A stretch of DNA of 40,986 nt. It comes from Myxococcota bacterium (GTDB lineage Bacteria; Myxococcota_A; JAVEVO01). The notes under the pieces are model-generated. The model saw only the letters and a program-made list of their open reading frames with translations. It made no database searches and was not told where the DNA came from. Every line of letters starts with the position of its first letter. Positions within the stretch are counted from its first letter, which is position 1. Positions 1 through 9,315 of the stretch are shown one piece after another. Location: contig JAVEVO010000055.1 of assembly GCA_034005005.1 (NCBI GenBank), positions 1 to 40,986 of the forward strand, read 5' to 3'. Position numbers and translations under genes: made by a program.

Positions 1-87
1 GACGAGCCCGGCGATGGCCGGAAAGTCGGTCCAGTGCTGGTTGAGGGTCAGCTTGTAGAGCACCTGGATGATCGTCTCGGCCCAGCT

Positions 88-1764
88 CTAGCCCAGGGGC
101 TTGGCGATCCGGGCCGTGACCGCGTTCTGGCACTTGGCGTTGTCCTTGCCCCAGCACTCGGCGAGCGCCCGCATGGCACCGAGGGGCTCCTTGCCTTGCT
201 CCACGTACTCGAGCTTGGGTGCGGTGACCTTGGGATCGGCGGAGGTGTACAGGTCCAGCTTGCCCGAGGTCGGATCGATCAGGTCCACCACGCCGATGGA
301 GGCGTTGGCCCCCTTGAAGTCGATCCCTTTGTACTTGTCGTTCAGGTAGGTGGCCAGGCTGGGGTGAGCCTTGATGTACTCGGCGACCTGCTTCTGCGCG
401 TCGGGGGCCGCGGTCGCGGTGATCGCGGACGGGTCCACCTCGTTGGAGTTGGTCAGGCAGGCGTTGAGCACGACCCGGTGGTTGGGGGAGCTCGGGTCCA
501 TGTTGGCCATCAGCTCGGTGAAGAACTCGTCCGACTTCTTCTCGCCGCTGATCAGCGGCTGCTCCTCCACCTGCAGCTCTCCGCCCTCGACCTTGGTCCG
601 ACCGGCCATCTCGATGACGTTGACGTTGCCGTGGCCCGCGAGGATCGCCTGGTCGATCTTGCCCTTCTGCCCGTATTTCTTGGCGATCGGCTTCAGCCGG
701 CTCTGGGCCTGGCCCAGGGTCTCGGCGCCCTCGATCATCAGGGTCAGGTTCTGAGAGTTGGTGAGCACGTCGGTCAGCTTCGGGTCGCGGTGGAAGGCAC
801 CGTTGTGGTCGAGCGCGGTGTGCAGCACGAGGGTCAGGGGCTTCTTCTTGCTGGTGTCGCCCAGGTTGGTCACGAGCTGATCGAGACCGTTCTTCTCGAA
901 GCGGTGGAAGTTGCGCACGTCCTTGAGCTTGCTGTTGTACGTCTTGTAGGGCGCACCCTCGGCCTGCATCGCCTGGAACGAGGTGATCTCCATGCCCTCC
1001 TCGGCGTGCAGCAGGGGATCGCAGACCTTGACGTAGTCGAGGAACGCGGTCCCGTCCGCGGGGGTGTTGATCAGGTCGAGGAACTGCTGGTTGGGGATCA
1101 CCTTCTTGACCACCGCGCCGCCCGGCTTCTTCTCCAGCTCGGTCAGGTAGCTCCCCCAGGTCACTCCCTCGCTCACCAGGGCCGTGGTCTGCTCCAGCTC
1201 CACCGTCGGCTTGGTCTGCTTGAGCGCATTGGCGTAGGCCTTCAGGGCCGCAGTCTGCTTCTTGTCGGTCAGGGCGGTCGCCAGGTCGGCCACCCCCATG
1301 TCGCTGCAGGCGGCCAGGATCGCCTCGGTGGAGCGGGCGAACTGCACGACCGTCCAGAGCTTCTTGGCCTCCTTGGGGTCCATGCTGGAGCCGTTGGCCC
1401 AGTCGAGCTGCTGCTCGGTGTAGCTCGCCAGCTCTCCCAGGGTCATGGCGTAGAGATCCGCGGCGGCCTTGTAGTCGGCCTTCGCGTCCGGGTGGGCGCT
1501 CGTCCCGGTGCCGGTGCCGGTGCCGGTCCCGGTGCCGGTCCCGGTGCCGGTCCCGGTGCCCTTCCCCGTGGGGCCGGGTGGCCCTTTGGGCTTGTCCTTC
1601 TGCGGCCCGTCGCCGGCGAGCTGGCCTGCGAGGTCGCCTCCCGACTGACCCAGGGCAGGGATGCCCCCTCCCTTGGCCCGGGGGCTGTCCGCGTCCGACG
1701 ACGCGTTGCCAGAGGGCTTGCCGCTCGCGCCCTTCTTCTCTTCCGCATCCTGGGAGTAGGACAT
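88..1764 (-). CDS. hypothetical Lys-rich protein with C-terminal caspase-like (clan CD / CHAT-like) His-Cys dyad domain
   Basis: 558-aa ORF from ATG at 1762-1764 to the stop at 88-90. Its composition is non-repetitive and realistic (K/T/L/D-rich), unlike the R/G/P-rich shadow ORF on the + strand. The motifs AILAGHGNVNV (His) and VVLNACLTNS (Cys) lie about 60 aa apart after a hydrophobic strand (LTLVLHTALDH), as in clan CD peptidases. The N-terminus is disordered and carries a (GT)9 linker. Local GC is about 62% versus about 72% for the neighbours. Confidence 0.55.
   Translation of the reverse strand: MSYSQDAEEKKGASGKPSGNASSDADSPRAKGGGIPALGQSGGDLAGQLAGDGPQKDKPKGPPGPTGKGTGTGTGTGTGTGTGTGTGTSAHPDAKADYKAAADLYAMTLGELASYTEQQLDWANGSSMDPKEAKKLWTVVQFARSTEAILAACSDMGVADLATALTDKKQTAALKAYANALKQTKPTVELEQTTALVSEGVTWGSYLTELEKKPGGAVVKKVIPNQQFLDLINTPADGTAFLDYVKVCDPLLHAEEGMEITSFQAMQAEGAPYKTYNSKLKDVRNFHRFEKNGLDQLVTNLGDTSKKKPLTLVLHTALDHNGAFHRDPKLTDVLTNSQNLTLMIEGAETLGQAQSRLKPIAKKYGQKGKIDQAILAGHGNVNVIEMAGRTKVEGGELQVEEQPLISGEKKSDEFFTELMANMDPSSPNHRVVLNACLTNSNEVDPSAITATAAPDAQKQVAEYIKAHPSLATYLNDKYKGIDFKGANASIGVVDLIDPTSGKLDLYTSADPKVTAPKLEYVEQGKEPLGAMRALAECWGKDNAKCQNAVTARIAKPLG
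1507..1560 (-). repeat. hexanucleotide (GGTGCC/GGTCCC)9 repeat encoding (Gly-Thr)9 linker
   Basis: Direct reading finds 54 nt of 6-nt periodicity inside CDS 88..1764. Confidence 0.9.
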
Positions 1765-2308
1765 GGCCGATCCCCCCCGGTCCAGAGCTGGAGTGGAATG
1801 GCTCTCAGCATAGCCAACTCCCCGCCGCCGAACAAGGATCAGCCTCCGGCGGTGAGTGCGGGCGCCGTCCGGCGGGGAGGCTGGACGAGGAGGCCGACCG
1901 ACGGCCGGGGCAGAACGCGCCCCCAGGGGTACCTTCGTCCCTGTCCGGGGGAGCGGCCCGATGCGGGCCTCGCGAGGTCCCGTGCGGTCTCCCGGGGCGG
2001 CTGGGGACGGCCCTGTGCGCTGTGTCCGTCATCTCGTGACGCTCCTCGAGAGGCTCGACGCGATGGCGCGCGGCGCCGAGCGCGACCCCACGGAAGCGGA
2101 CGCCTTCCGGCGCCTCGACGAGGACGTGGGCGGAGGTCACCGCAAGGCAGTGCCTCGCCTCCGAGGAGCGTGCTCCGCTGGCCGGACCCGGTACGATCCC
2201 CGGGCACCCCCGCCGGTGCGCCCGTCGCGGGATCGGACCAGGATTCTCGATGAATTCTGTGGACTTCCGGGTGCTGCCTGCTGCAAGGTGGGGGGGGAGG
2301 GACAGGAG

Positions 2309-3349
2309 ATGCGTCGAGCTTCCCGGGATGGTCGGGCTCTGCTGGGGGTGGCCTTCGGGTTGATCGACTGCTTGATCGACGCGGCCCTGGCCACCGGGGA
2401 TCTGGCCTACGACCCCTTCCTCAACTTCGCCGTGGCCCAGAGCCGCATCCTGGACGCGGCGGAGGCGGTTCTGAACGCGGTCTACGCCGATCGGGGCAGC
2501 CTGGCGCGGGTCCACTGGCAGCGGGTTTGGACCGTGGGTTCGTCCAAGCGCGGCCACATGCCGCGAGCGTTCGCGGCCATCGATCCCCGGGCCCAGGGCT
2601 CGGTGGTGGCCGCCGCCGACCTCTCCAATCTGCCGGCCTTCCTGGACCTGCAACTCGCCGTCTGGTCCGGGGGCTACTCCTTCAGCGCGCCGGAGCAACG
2701 CCCAGCTCTGGACACGCCCGTGGGGCGGCGCTACCTCGACTGCTGCGACCCCTACTTCTGGGACCCCGAGGTGCTGGGCGAGATCCCCCTGGTCATCGCC
2801 GTGGGCACTCGAGATCCCCTCTATCCGCTCGCCGCGTCGCTGACCTACGTGGCGGGGCTGCCCGGCTCCACCCGCATGCTCTTCGTCCCCAACTACGGCC
2901 ACGGCCACGGCACCATCGACCACGTCGCCGCGTTCCGGACCCTGGTCCAGCGGGGCCTCGCGGGCGCACCCAGCCCCCGGCTGGAGGCCTCCTGGGATCT
3001 CGTCGAAGGGAAGGTGACCGCCACCCTCCGCGGTGGTGAGGCCGGGCTCGTGGAGCTCTGGTGCACTACCTCCCTGGGGCCGCAGAACACGGCGGTGCGG
3101 GAGACGAACGCGGCCTGCGAGCAGGTGGCCATGATCCCGGCGGACTCGCCCGATCTGCGGCACGCGACCTGGACCCGGCACCCCATGGCCAGCAGCGGCC
3201 CAGGTCGCTGGGAAGCCAGCCCGCCAGCCTCGGAGCTGTCGTATCCAGCCTGCTTCGTGCGCGTCGAGACGACGGCCGGGCAGCCTCTGACCAGCGGGCC
3301 GCTCCTGTCGCGGGCCTTGTGCCGGGCAGCAGGGCTGCCGGTGGAGTAG
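2309..3349 (+). CDS. PhoPQ-activated pathogenicity-related (PqaA)-like alpha/beta-hydrolase family protein (tentative)
   Basis: The ATG at 2309 follows a GGGGGGGAGGGACAGGAG ribosome-binding site and is in frame within ORF 1856..3349. The motif VGSSKRGHM resembles the SKRG nucleophile-elbow motif I remember for the PqaA family (PF10142). The protein is non-repetitive (LDCCDPYFWDPEVLGEIPLVIAVGTRDPLYP, VPNYGHGHG). The opposite-strand ORF 1805..3655 is compositional junk. Confidence 0.45.
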   Translation: MRRASRDGRALLGVAFGLIDCLIDAALATGDLAYDPFLNFAVAQSRILDAAEAVLNAVYADRGSLARVHWQRVWTVGSSKRGHMPRAFAAIDPRAQGSVVAAADLSNLPAFLDLQLAVWSGGYSFSAPEQRPALDTPVGRRYLDCCDPYFWDPEVLGEIPLVIAVGTRDPLYPLAASLTYVAGLPGSTRMLFVPNYGHGHGTIDHVAAFRTLVQRGLAGAPSPRLEASWDLVEGKVTATLRGGEAGLVELWCTTSLGPQNTAVRETNAACEQVAMIPADSPDLRHATWTRHPMASSGPGRWEASPPASELSYPACFVRVETTAGQPLTSGPLLSRALCRAAGLPVE

Positions 3350-3673
3350 GGGGGCATCGAGCGCGTCCCCCGGTGGAGCATGGGCGTCGCGTTCCTCGAC
3401 GAAGCGTCCCGGGAGCGCGCCGAGCCGATCGTACCGCACACCTGGCCCAGCCGCAGCCTCGTCCCCGGTGTCGGCAGCTCCAGCCGCGTGACGGGCCCGT
3501 CTAGCCTCCGCGCGAGGGGTCGCGTGACCCCGTGCGAAACACCCCTCCAGCCCCCACCCGCTCCAGCCAGTCGTGCGTCTTCGTGTACCAGCGCATGGGT
3601 GCTCCTGCCCCCGAGTCACGGCCAGCAGGATGCTCGCGGAGTACGGGGACGGCAAGAGGCCAGCCGGGCGCGC

Positions 3674-4309
3674 TCAGCCGTTGCGGTACAGCCGCAGTCG
3701 CGCCGCACCGAAGAGCAAGGGCCGCTCCCGCACGAGCTCCAGCTCGCGGGTCAGGCCGTCGAGCCCGCCCGCGGCGAGGTACGCCCGGAAGTTCCGGTAG
3801 TGGTCGCCGCCCGCGAGGAACTCGGCCAGGGTGGTGCCCAGCCGGCCGAGAATGCTGGTCCTTTCGTCATGGCAGTAGTCGACGAGCAGCAGGTAGCCGT
3901 CGGGCTTCACCACGCGACGGAGCTCGGCGAGCATGGCCTGGGCGGTCTCCCGGGGCTTCTCGTGGAGCGCGAGGCTGACCAGCCCGAGGTCGAACCCCGC
4001 GGTGGGGAGGTCGGTGCGGGTGGCGTCCTGCAGGGAGCAGCGGAGGGGAGGGGTCCCCCGGCGTGCCTGGCGGAGCATCTCGGGCGCGAGGTCGACCCCG
4101 ACGGTCTGGTCGTAACCGGCGCGCTGCAGGTGCTCGAGCTGGTCGCCGGTCCCGCAGCAGAAGTCGACGATCGAGCGCACGGGCAGCTCCTGCACCGCAG
4201 CGACGACCGCCCGGCGGACCGGGCGGAGGAACGGCCCGAGCAGCAGGTCGTAAGCCCGGGCGATGCGCAGGGAGTTGTCCACGGTCCCTCCTGGCGGTCC
4301 GGCGCTCAC
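3674..4309 (-). CDS. class I SAM-dependent methyltransferase
   Basis: 211 aa with motif I VDFCCGTGD, an acidic post-I loop (VGVDLAPEML) and motif II/III-like LVDYCHDE. The GTG start overlaps the stop of the upstream acyltransferase gene (GTGA). Confidence 0.8.
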   Translation of the reverse strand: MSAGPPGGTVDNSLRIARAYDLLLGPFLRPVRRAVVAAVQELPVRSIVDFCCGTGDQLEHLQRAGYDQTVGVDLAPEMLRQARRGTPPLRCSLQDATRTDLPTAGFDLGLVSLALHEKPRETAQAMLAELRRVVKPDGYLLLVDYCHDERTSILGRLGTTLAEFLAGGDHYRNFRAYLAAGGLDGLTRELELVRERPLLFGAARLRLYRNG

Positions 4310-5610
4310 GGCCGGGCGGCCTCCGTCAGCTCCTGGGACAGGTCGCGCGCGAGCCGGGCGGCCCGCGCCCGCGAGAGCAAGGGCTCGGTCGTGCTGAGGC
4401 AGCAGCTCGCCTCTGCCCCCAGGGAGGCGAAGGTCAGAAACAGCGGGTAGAGCCCCGCGGTCTGGGCCGAGGTGAAGCGCAGGGCCTTCACCCGTACCCC
4501 CGGGGGGAGGGCGGGCGGCGCGACGACGCCCAGGTTGGACAGGGCCGGTCCCTCCGCGAACCGGCCCAGGCCATGGGCCTGGGCGATCTTCTCCGCGGTG
4601 AGCCGGTCCAGCAGGGCGGGCGGGCTGCGCCGCGGGTGCCAGCCCCGGCTCCGCCGGGCTTGGAGCTGCGCACCGAGCGCGCGGGTGCAGCGGCCGGCCT
4701 CCTCCCAGAAGCTGGAGGCGGCCGGCAGCGGATGGTTCGTTGGTACCATGGTCATGAAGCAGCCGAGCTCCGCCGGGTCGATCCGGGGGACGGCCTCCTC
4801 CCGCAGGTCGACCGCGCTGGACAGGGCCGGCGGTGGGTCGCCGAGCTCCGCCCCGGCCACCCGCCGCACCGCCGCCAGGAGGGCGCCCTGGACCGTGGCC
4901 CCGGCGAGGCGGGCACGCAGTCGCAGGGCCGGGACCAGGCCGGGGGCCAGGGGGATCTCGGTCAGCCGGCAGCTCCGGGGCGTGGCCACGTCGCCCTCCA
5001 GGGGCCAGGTCGGGGCCGCACCGCTCGCCGGCCGGTCCCCGGCAGGCGCGCCCGGGGGTGGGATGGGGAGCCGCTGCTCCAGGGGTGCGGGCAGGGGCCA
5101 GCGGGCAAGCCGTTGGACCGGTCCGGGCTCGCCGGTGCCGGCGGCCAGCAAGTCCCAGAGCAACTGCACGCCGGCCCGCCCGTCCAGCAGGGAGTGGTGC
5201 GTGGTCAGGATGAGCTCCTGCTCCTCGTCCTCCAGGGCCGGCGCCAGGGTCAACCGCCAGAGGGGGGCCGTCGCGGCCGGTGGGTCCGCGGTCTCCTGAT
5301 CCGCGATCTCCGGCCAGCTCCCGACGGGGTCCGCGAGCACGCGGCAGGTCCCGTCCCGCTCCTGTTTTGGGGAGGCTTCCTGCCAGCCCAGCTCCCGCTC
5401 TCCCTGGACCAGGGTCGCGCGCAGCAAGGCGTGGCGGGCGACGAGGTCGGCCAGGGCCTGCCGGAGCCGGTCCGGGGCCAGGGGGCCCGCGACCCGGGCC
5501 GCCATGACCATGGTACCGGATCCCTCGTAGCGGGCGTGGTACACCGCCTGGACCGTGGGCCAGTGGCCCAGGGGGCGGAACGCGTCCGCGACCGGGCGGT
5601 TCGTGCTCAC
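4306..5610 (-). CDS. condensation-domain (HHxxxDG) acyltransferase, WS/DGAT / PapA5 / NRPS C-domain-like, stand-alone
   Basis: TTHHSLLDGRAG is the canonical HHxxxDG active site, and the N-terminal block PLAPDRLRQALADLVARHALLRATL is typical of C-domain starts. The long ORF 4306..6291 has an R/G/P/A-rich junk N-terminal third. The chosen GTG start at 5610 overlaps the stop of the upstream membrane-protein gene (GTGA). An alternative ATG start lies at 5511. Confidence 0.65.
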   Translation of the reverse strand: MSTNRPVADAFRPLGHWPTVQAVYHARYEGSGTMVMAARVAGPLAPDRLRQALADLVARHALLRATLVQGERELGWQEASPKQERDGTCRVLADPVGSWPEIADQETADPPAATAPLWRLTLAPALEDEEQELILTTHHSLLDGRAGVQLLWDLLAAGTGEPGPVQRLARWPLPAPLEQRLPIPPPGAPAGDRPASGAAPTWPLEGDVATPRSCRLTEIPLAPGLVPALRLRARLAGATVQGALLAAVRRVAGAELGDPPPALSSAVDLREEAVPRIDPAELGCFMTMVPTNHPLPAASSFWEEAGRCTRALGAQLQARRSRGWHPRRSPPALLDRLTAEKIAQAHGLGRFAEGPALSNLGVVAPPALPPGVRVKALRFTSAQTAGLYPLFLTFASLGAEASCCLSTTEPLLSRARAARLARDLSQELTEAARP

Positions 5611-6449
5611 GGCAGCCCGCCGAGCAGCAGCCCCATGGTCCCCAGGGTGCAGGCCGCGAGGGTCCAGCCGACCTTGCGGATGTGGCGCAGGTGGGGCGGG
5701 CGGATCGTCAGGAACAGGTTGAAGAGGAGCACCGGCAGGGGGGCCCAGGCCGCGACCGGGGGCAAGCGGCCGGACCCGGCGAGCAGGCTCAGCAGCAGCA
5801 GCCCCGCGCCGGCCAGCGCGATGGGCGCGAGCAGCCGCTGGCGGGTGGTGGCGCGCAAAGCCCGGGCGGTGACCCGGCGCACCGCGAGCGTGGCGTCGGT
5901 GAGGGCCAGCAGGTAGACCCCACTCACCGTCGCCGCGACCGCCAGGCTGGCCCCGCCGGCCCAGGCCACGGGGAAGGCGGCCAGCGCCAGCGCGGCCGAG
6001 ACCAGCAGCTCGCCCTCCACGGTCTTCTCCAGGCGCCCGAGGACCAGGGGCAGCAGGGCGAGCGCCGGCAGCACGGGCGGCAGCAGGGTCAGGGCGGTCC
6101 CCGCCGGGCCGAGCAGCAGGGCCGGCACCAGGCAGCCCAGGGCGAGCAGGGGCAGGAGGACGAGCTGGCGCCAGGCGCGGCCGAGGTGCTCGAAGCGCGC
6201 CTTCGGCCCCCGCAGGTTGGCGATGATCATGAAGGGCTCGTGGGCCAGGAAGACGGCGACCTCGGCCGTGGCCAGCAGCCACGCGGCCCACCCCCCGCGG
6301 GTCACGGCCAGGCTCGTGGCGAGGGGCACGAGGAGCTGGGCGAGCGCGCCCGTCTCCCGCGGCAGCAGCAGGGGACCCAGCCGCCGGGTCTGGCGCCAGG
6401 AGGCCGCGGTGTAGCGGACGTCGAACTCGGGGCGGGCGGTGCTGGCCAC
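5607..6449 (-). CDS. hypothetical integral membrane protein (about 8 predicted TM helices)
   Basis: 280-aa ORF of strongly hydrophobic L/A/V-rich segments separated by short R/P loops. Its stop lies 3 nt after the radical SAM gene and overlaps the next start. It sits in the operon in a frame distinct from the shadow ORF 4306..6291. Confidence 0.5.
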   Translation of the reverse strand: MASTARPEFDVRYTAASWRQTRRLGPLLLPRETGALAQLLVPLATSLAVTRGGWAAWLLATAEVAVFLAHEPFMIIANLRGPKARFEHLGRAWRQLVLLPLLALGCLVPALLLGPAGTALTLLPPVLPALALLPLVLGRLEKTVEGELLVSAALALAAFPVAWAGGASLAVAATVSGVYLLALTDATLAVRRVTARALRATTRQRLLAPIALAGAGLLLLSLLAGSGRLPPVAAWAPLPVLLFNLFLTIRPPHLRHIRKVGWTLAACTLGTMGLLLGGLP

Positions 6450-6452
6450 CCC

Positions 6453-8159
6453 TCAGCTCCGTCCCGGCGGCCGGGCCGGGGGCCGGCGGCGGTTCAGGCG
6501 GAGCTGCGCCCGGGGGAACAGCAGCGTCCGCCAGAAGAAGGCCCGCAAGGTCGGCATGAAGCGGGCGGGGGCCGCGAGCAGCCGGCCGATCAGCTCGAGG
6601 GTCAGCCGGGCCATGAGCAGCGGTCGGCGGCCCATGAGCCGGGTGGCCCGGAGGACGACCTTCGTCGCGAAGCGCAGCATGTACTGCTGATACTTGTCGA
6701 CGATGTACCAGATCTCCAGCTCCGGTGTCTCGACCATCGTCGGCATGAACAGCATGTAGGGGATCTTGCCCATGCGCTCGTAGGGACGGGCGTCGATCAG
6801 CCAGCCGTTGCGCTCACACCTGGCATACAGCTCCGTCCCCGGATAGGGCTTGTAGATCGAGAAGAAGGGTACTGTCCCGAAGCGGTCGAACAGGGAGAAC
6901 GCGTAGCGGAGGGTCTGATCGACGGTCTCCTTGCTCTCGCCGGGTAGCCCGAAGATGAACAGGCCGTTGTTGTCGAGCTCCAGCTCCCGGCAGAGGGCCA
7001 GGGTCTGCTCGACGTCGGTCAGGAGGAGCTCTTTGTTGGCGAGGGTGTCGAGCACCTCCTGGGAGCCGGACTCGATGCCGAACATCAGGTAGACGCAGCC
7101 CGTGCGCCGGCAGAGCGCGACGAGCTCCCGGTCGAAGCGGTCGGCCCGCACGCCGTTGGGGGTGTCCCAGGTGAGGTCGAGGTCGGCGCAGACCATCCCC
7201 TCGAGGATCGCCCGCAGCCGCTCCCGGTCGAGGGAGAGGTTGTCGTCCTCGAAGTGGACGTGGCGCACCCCGTGGTCCCGGGCGAGGAGGGCGAGCTGCG
7301 CGACCACGAAGGCGGACGAGTGGCGCCGGAACGCGTGCCCCATGGTGAGCTGGATCGAGCAGAAGCTGCAGCGGTAGGGGCAGCCGCGGCTGGTGATCAG
7401 GGTCACCGCCCGGTCGGTCCCGGGCAGATCGATGCTCTGGCGCGAGGGAAAGCCCAGGCGATTGAGTCGAAAGTACTGCTCGAAGTCGAGGCCCTCCCAG
7501 AGGGGCGGGATCGAGTCGAGATCCTCGAGGAACTCCGGCGCGTTGCGCTGCAGGGTGCCGTCGTCGCGCAGCCAGGCCACGCCGGGCGCGGTGCGGGGCT
7601 CCTCGCCCTGCTGCAGCCGCTGCAGCAGGGTCGTGAAGGCGATCTCGCCCTCGCCGAGCACCAGCAGGTCGAACGCGGGCGCCCGCGCCAGGTAGCGCTC
7701 CGGCTGCATGCTGACGTCGGTGCCGCCGGCGATGAGCAGGGCCGCGGGGAAGCGCTCCCGCAGCCGGCGGGCGAGCTCGAGCGCGTCCAGGAAGAAGGTC
7801 TCCGCGGCCACGGACAACCCGATGACGTCGGGCTGGAACTCCTCGGCGCGCCTCAGGATCTCGTCGAAGTCCAGGCCGAACAGCACCGGCGGGGGCTGCC
7901 GCTCGAGCCGGGCGAGGTCGGGGTAGGCCAGCGCGTCGAGGAGCTGTACCTCGACCCCGGGCAGCCGCCGCGCCGCGCTCGCCAGGTACAGCAGGGCGAG
8001 GGGCACGCCGACCCAGGGGCCGTCGGGGTAGACCAGGCTGCTGAAGGTGCCGGGTGGGCGGATGAGCAGGACCCGCAAGGGCTTCGGCCCCGCGACCCCC
8101 GGGGCCGGCTCCCCCGCGGTGAGCAATCCTCTCTCGTCAGCGGCGGACGCGTCGTCCAC
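6453..8159 (-). CDS. B12-binding (class B) radical SAM enzyme
   Basis: The radical SAM cluster motif SRGCPYRCSFCS (CxxxCxxC) sits in mid-protein. An N-terminal Rossmann-like B12-binding region (VIGLSVAAE...LLIAGGTD) precedes it. The family is typical of C-methylating or C-C bond-forming tailoring enzymes. The GTG start at 8159 lies about 23 nt inside the 3' end of the upstream GT2 gene. Confidence 0.85.
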   Translation of the reverse strand: MDDASAADERGLLTAGEPAPGVAGPKPLRVLLIRPPGTFSSLVYPDGPWVGVPLALLYLASAARRLPGVEVQLLDALAYPDLARLERQPPPVLFGLDFDEILRRAEEFQPDVIGLSVAAETFFLDALELARRLRERFPAALLIAGGTDVSMQPERYLARAPAFDLLVLGEGEIAFTTLLQRLQQGEEPRTAPGVAWLRDDGTLQRNAPEFLEDLDSIPPLWEGLDFEQYFRLNRLGFPSRQSIDLPGTDRAVTLITSRGCPYRCSFCSIQLTMGHAFRRHSSAFVVAQLALLARDHGVRHVHFEDDNLSLDRERLRAILEGMVCADLDLTWDTPNGVRADRFDRELVALCRRTGCVYLMFGIESGSQEVLDTLANKELLLTDVEQTLALCRELELDNNGLFIFGLPGESKETVDQTLRYAFSLFDRFGTVPFFSIYKPYPGTELYARCERNGWLIDARPYERMGKIPYMLFMPTMVETPELEIWYIVDKYQQYMLRFATKVVLRATRLMGRRPLLMARLTLELIGRLLAAPARFMPTLRAFFWRTLLFPRAQLRLNRRRPPARPPGRS

Positions 8160-9315
8160 GGATCACCTCCTCGGCCGGGTAGAAGGTCGCACTCCAGACG
8201 ACTCCCCGACGGCGGTGGAAGGCCCAGGTCGAGCGGGCGAGGGCCCCGGCGAACAGCAGCATCCCCAGGGGCAAGAGCACGGCGCCGAGCCGGGAGCCGC
8301 CGAGCCGGGCGCGGACGGTGCCCGCGTAGACGGCCAGGCCGAGCCCGGTGAACAGGAGGAGGGGCCAGAGCCAGGGCAGGGCCGCGGGGTGGCCGGCCGC
8401 GAGGGGGAGCAGGGGCGCGAGCAGGCAGACGAGGGTGAGCCCGAGGGCGCGCCCGGTCGCGAAGCCGGCCAGGCCGGCGAAGAGGTTCTTCTCCAGGCCG
8501 GCGAACATCGCGGCCAGGGACGGGTACCAGTCGAAGGCCACCTCGCCGGCGCTCGCCAGGACCAGGCGCCGGTGGCCGGGGCCCGCGCACAGCCAGCCGA
8601 CCCCCATGTCGTCGAGCAGCTCGAGCCGGAGCGCCGGGAAGCCCGGGGTCTGCAGGAACGCGGCCCGGCGGACCAGGTTGCAGGGGCCGAAGCCGGCATA
8701 CCCCGTGGGCGAGTCGTCCCCGGGCGGCCAGGTGGCGAGCAGCCCGCTGCGTACCAGGGAGACCAGCGCCGCCAGCCCGAGGCCTCGGGGGGGCACCCAG
8801 GGGAGGACCGTCAGGTGGTCCAGGGCCCGGGCCTGGGCGAGGCGGGCCAGGGCCGCCAGGGTCCCGGGGGCGAAGCGGGCGTCCGCGTCGCTGAAGAGCA
8901 CCAGCTCGCCCGTCGCGTGCTGCAGCCCGGTGTGCAGGGCGTGGACCTTGCCGAGCCAGCCGGGGGGCAGCTCCCGGACGTGCTCGGCCCGCACCCGGGG
9001 GTCGGCCGCGGCGAGCTCCTCCACCAGCTCGCCGGTCCCGTCCGTGGAGCGGTCGTCGACGAGGATCAGCTCGAGCCCGGGGAGCTGCTGGGCGAGCACC
9101 GAGGTCGCGGTCCGTCGGAGTCCGGCCGCGTCGTTGCGGGCCGCGATCACGACGCTCAAGGTCGGCGTGGGGCCCGGGGGCACCGCGGCCGGCGAGAACA
9201 GCGGCACCCGGCGGATCCGGGCGGTGAGGAAGAGGGCCGAGAAGAGCCAGAAGCTCAGCCCGAGCCCCCCGAGCAGCAGCCAGCCGGGCTGCGTCGGGGG
9301 CCAGGCGGGGATCAT
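8137..9315 (-). CDS. family 2 glycosyltransferase (GT2) with flanking TM helices
   Basis: LSVVIAARNDAAGLRRTATSVLAQQ...ELILVDDRSTDGT...LFSDADA carries the GT2 DxD and DD signatures. There is an N-terminal TM segment and a C-terminal multi-TM region. The ATG at 9315 overlaps the stop of the upstream CrtC-like gene (ATGA). The remainder of ORF 8137..10434 upstream of this ATG is junk. Confidence 0.8.
   Translation of the reverse strand: MIPAWPPTQPGWLLLGGLGLSFWLFSALFLTARIRRVPLFSPAAVPPGPTPTLSVVIAARNDAAGLRRTATSVLAQQLPGLELILVDDRSTDGTGELVEELAAADPRVRAEHVRELPPGWLGKVHALHTGLQHATGELVLFSDADARFAPGTLAALARLAQARALDHLTVLPWVPPRGLGLAALVSLVRSGLLATWPPGDDSPTGYAGFGPCNLVRRAAFLQTPGFPALRLELLDDMGVGWLCAGPGHRRLVLASAGEVAFDWYPSLAAMFAGLEKNLFAGLAGFATGRALGLTLVCLLAPLLPLAAGHPAALPWLWPLLLFTGLGLAVYAGTVRARLGGSRLGAVLLPLGMLLFAGALARSTWAFHRRRGVVWSATFYPAEEVIRGRRVRR

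Noticed and set aside
34-2253. 739-aa ORF on + strand covering the first 2.2 kb
   Set aside because: Composition is G/R/L/V/A junk with runs such as GAGAGPGAGPGAGPGA, the reverse-frame image of the (GT)9 repeat. It is the antisense shadow of the real minus-strand gene 88..1764, which has protein-like composition and catalytic motifs.
1805-3655. 616-aa minus-strand ORF overlapping the PqaA-like gene
   Set aside because: It is R/G/A/P-rich with no motifs. The plus-strand frame has a strong ribosome-binding site, an SKRG-type motif and realistic composition.
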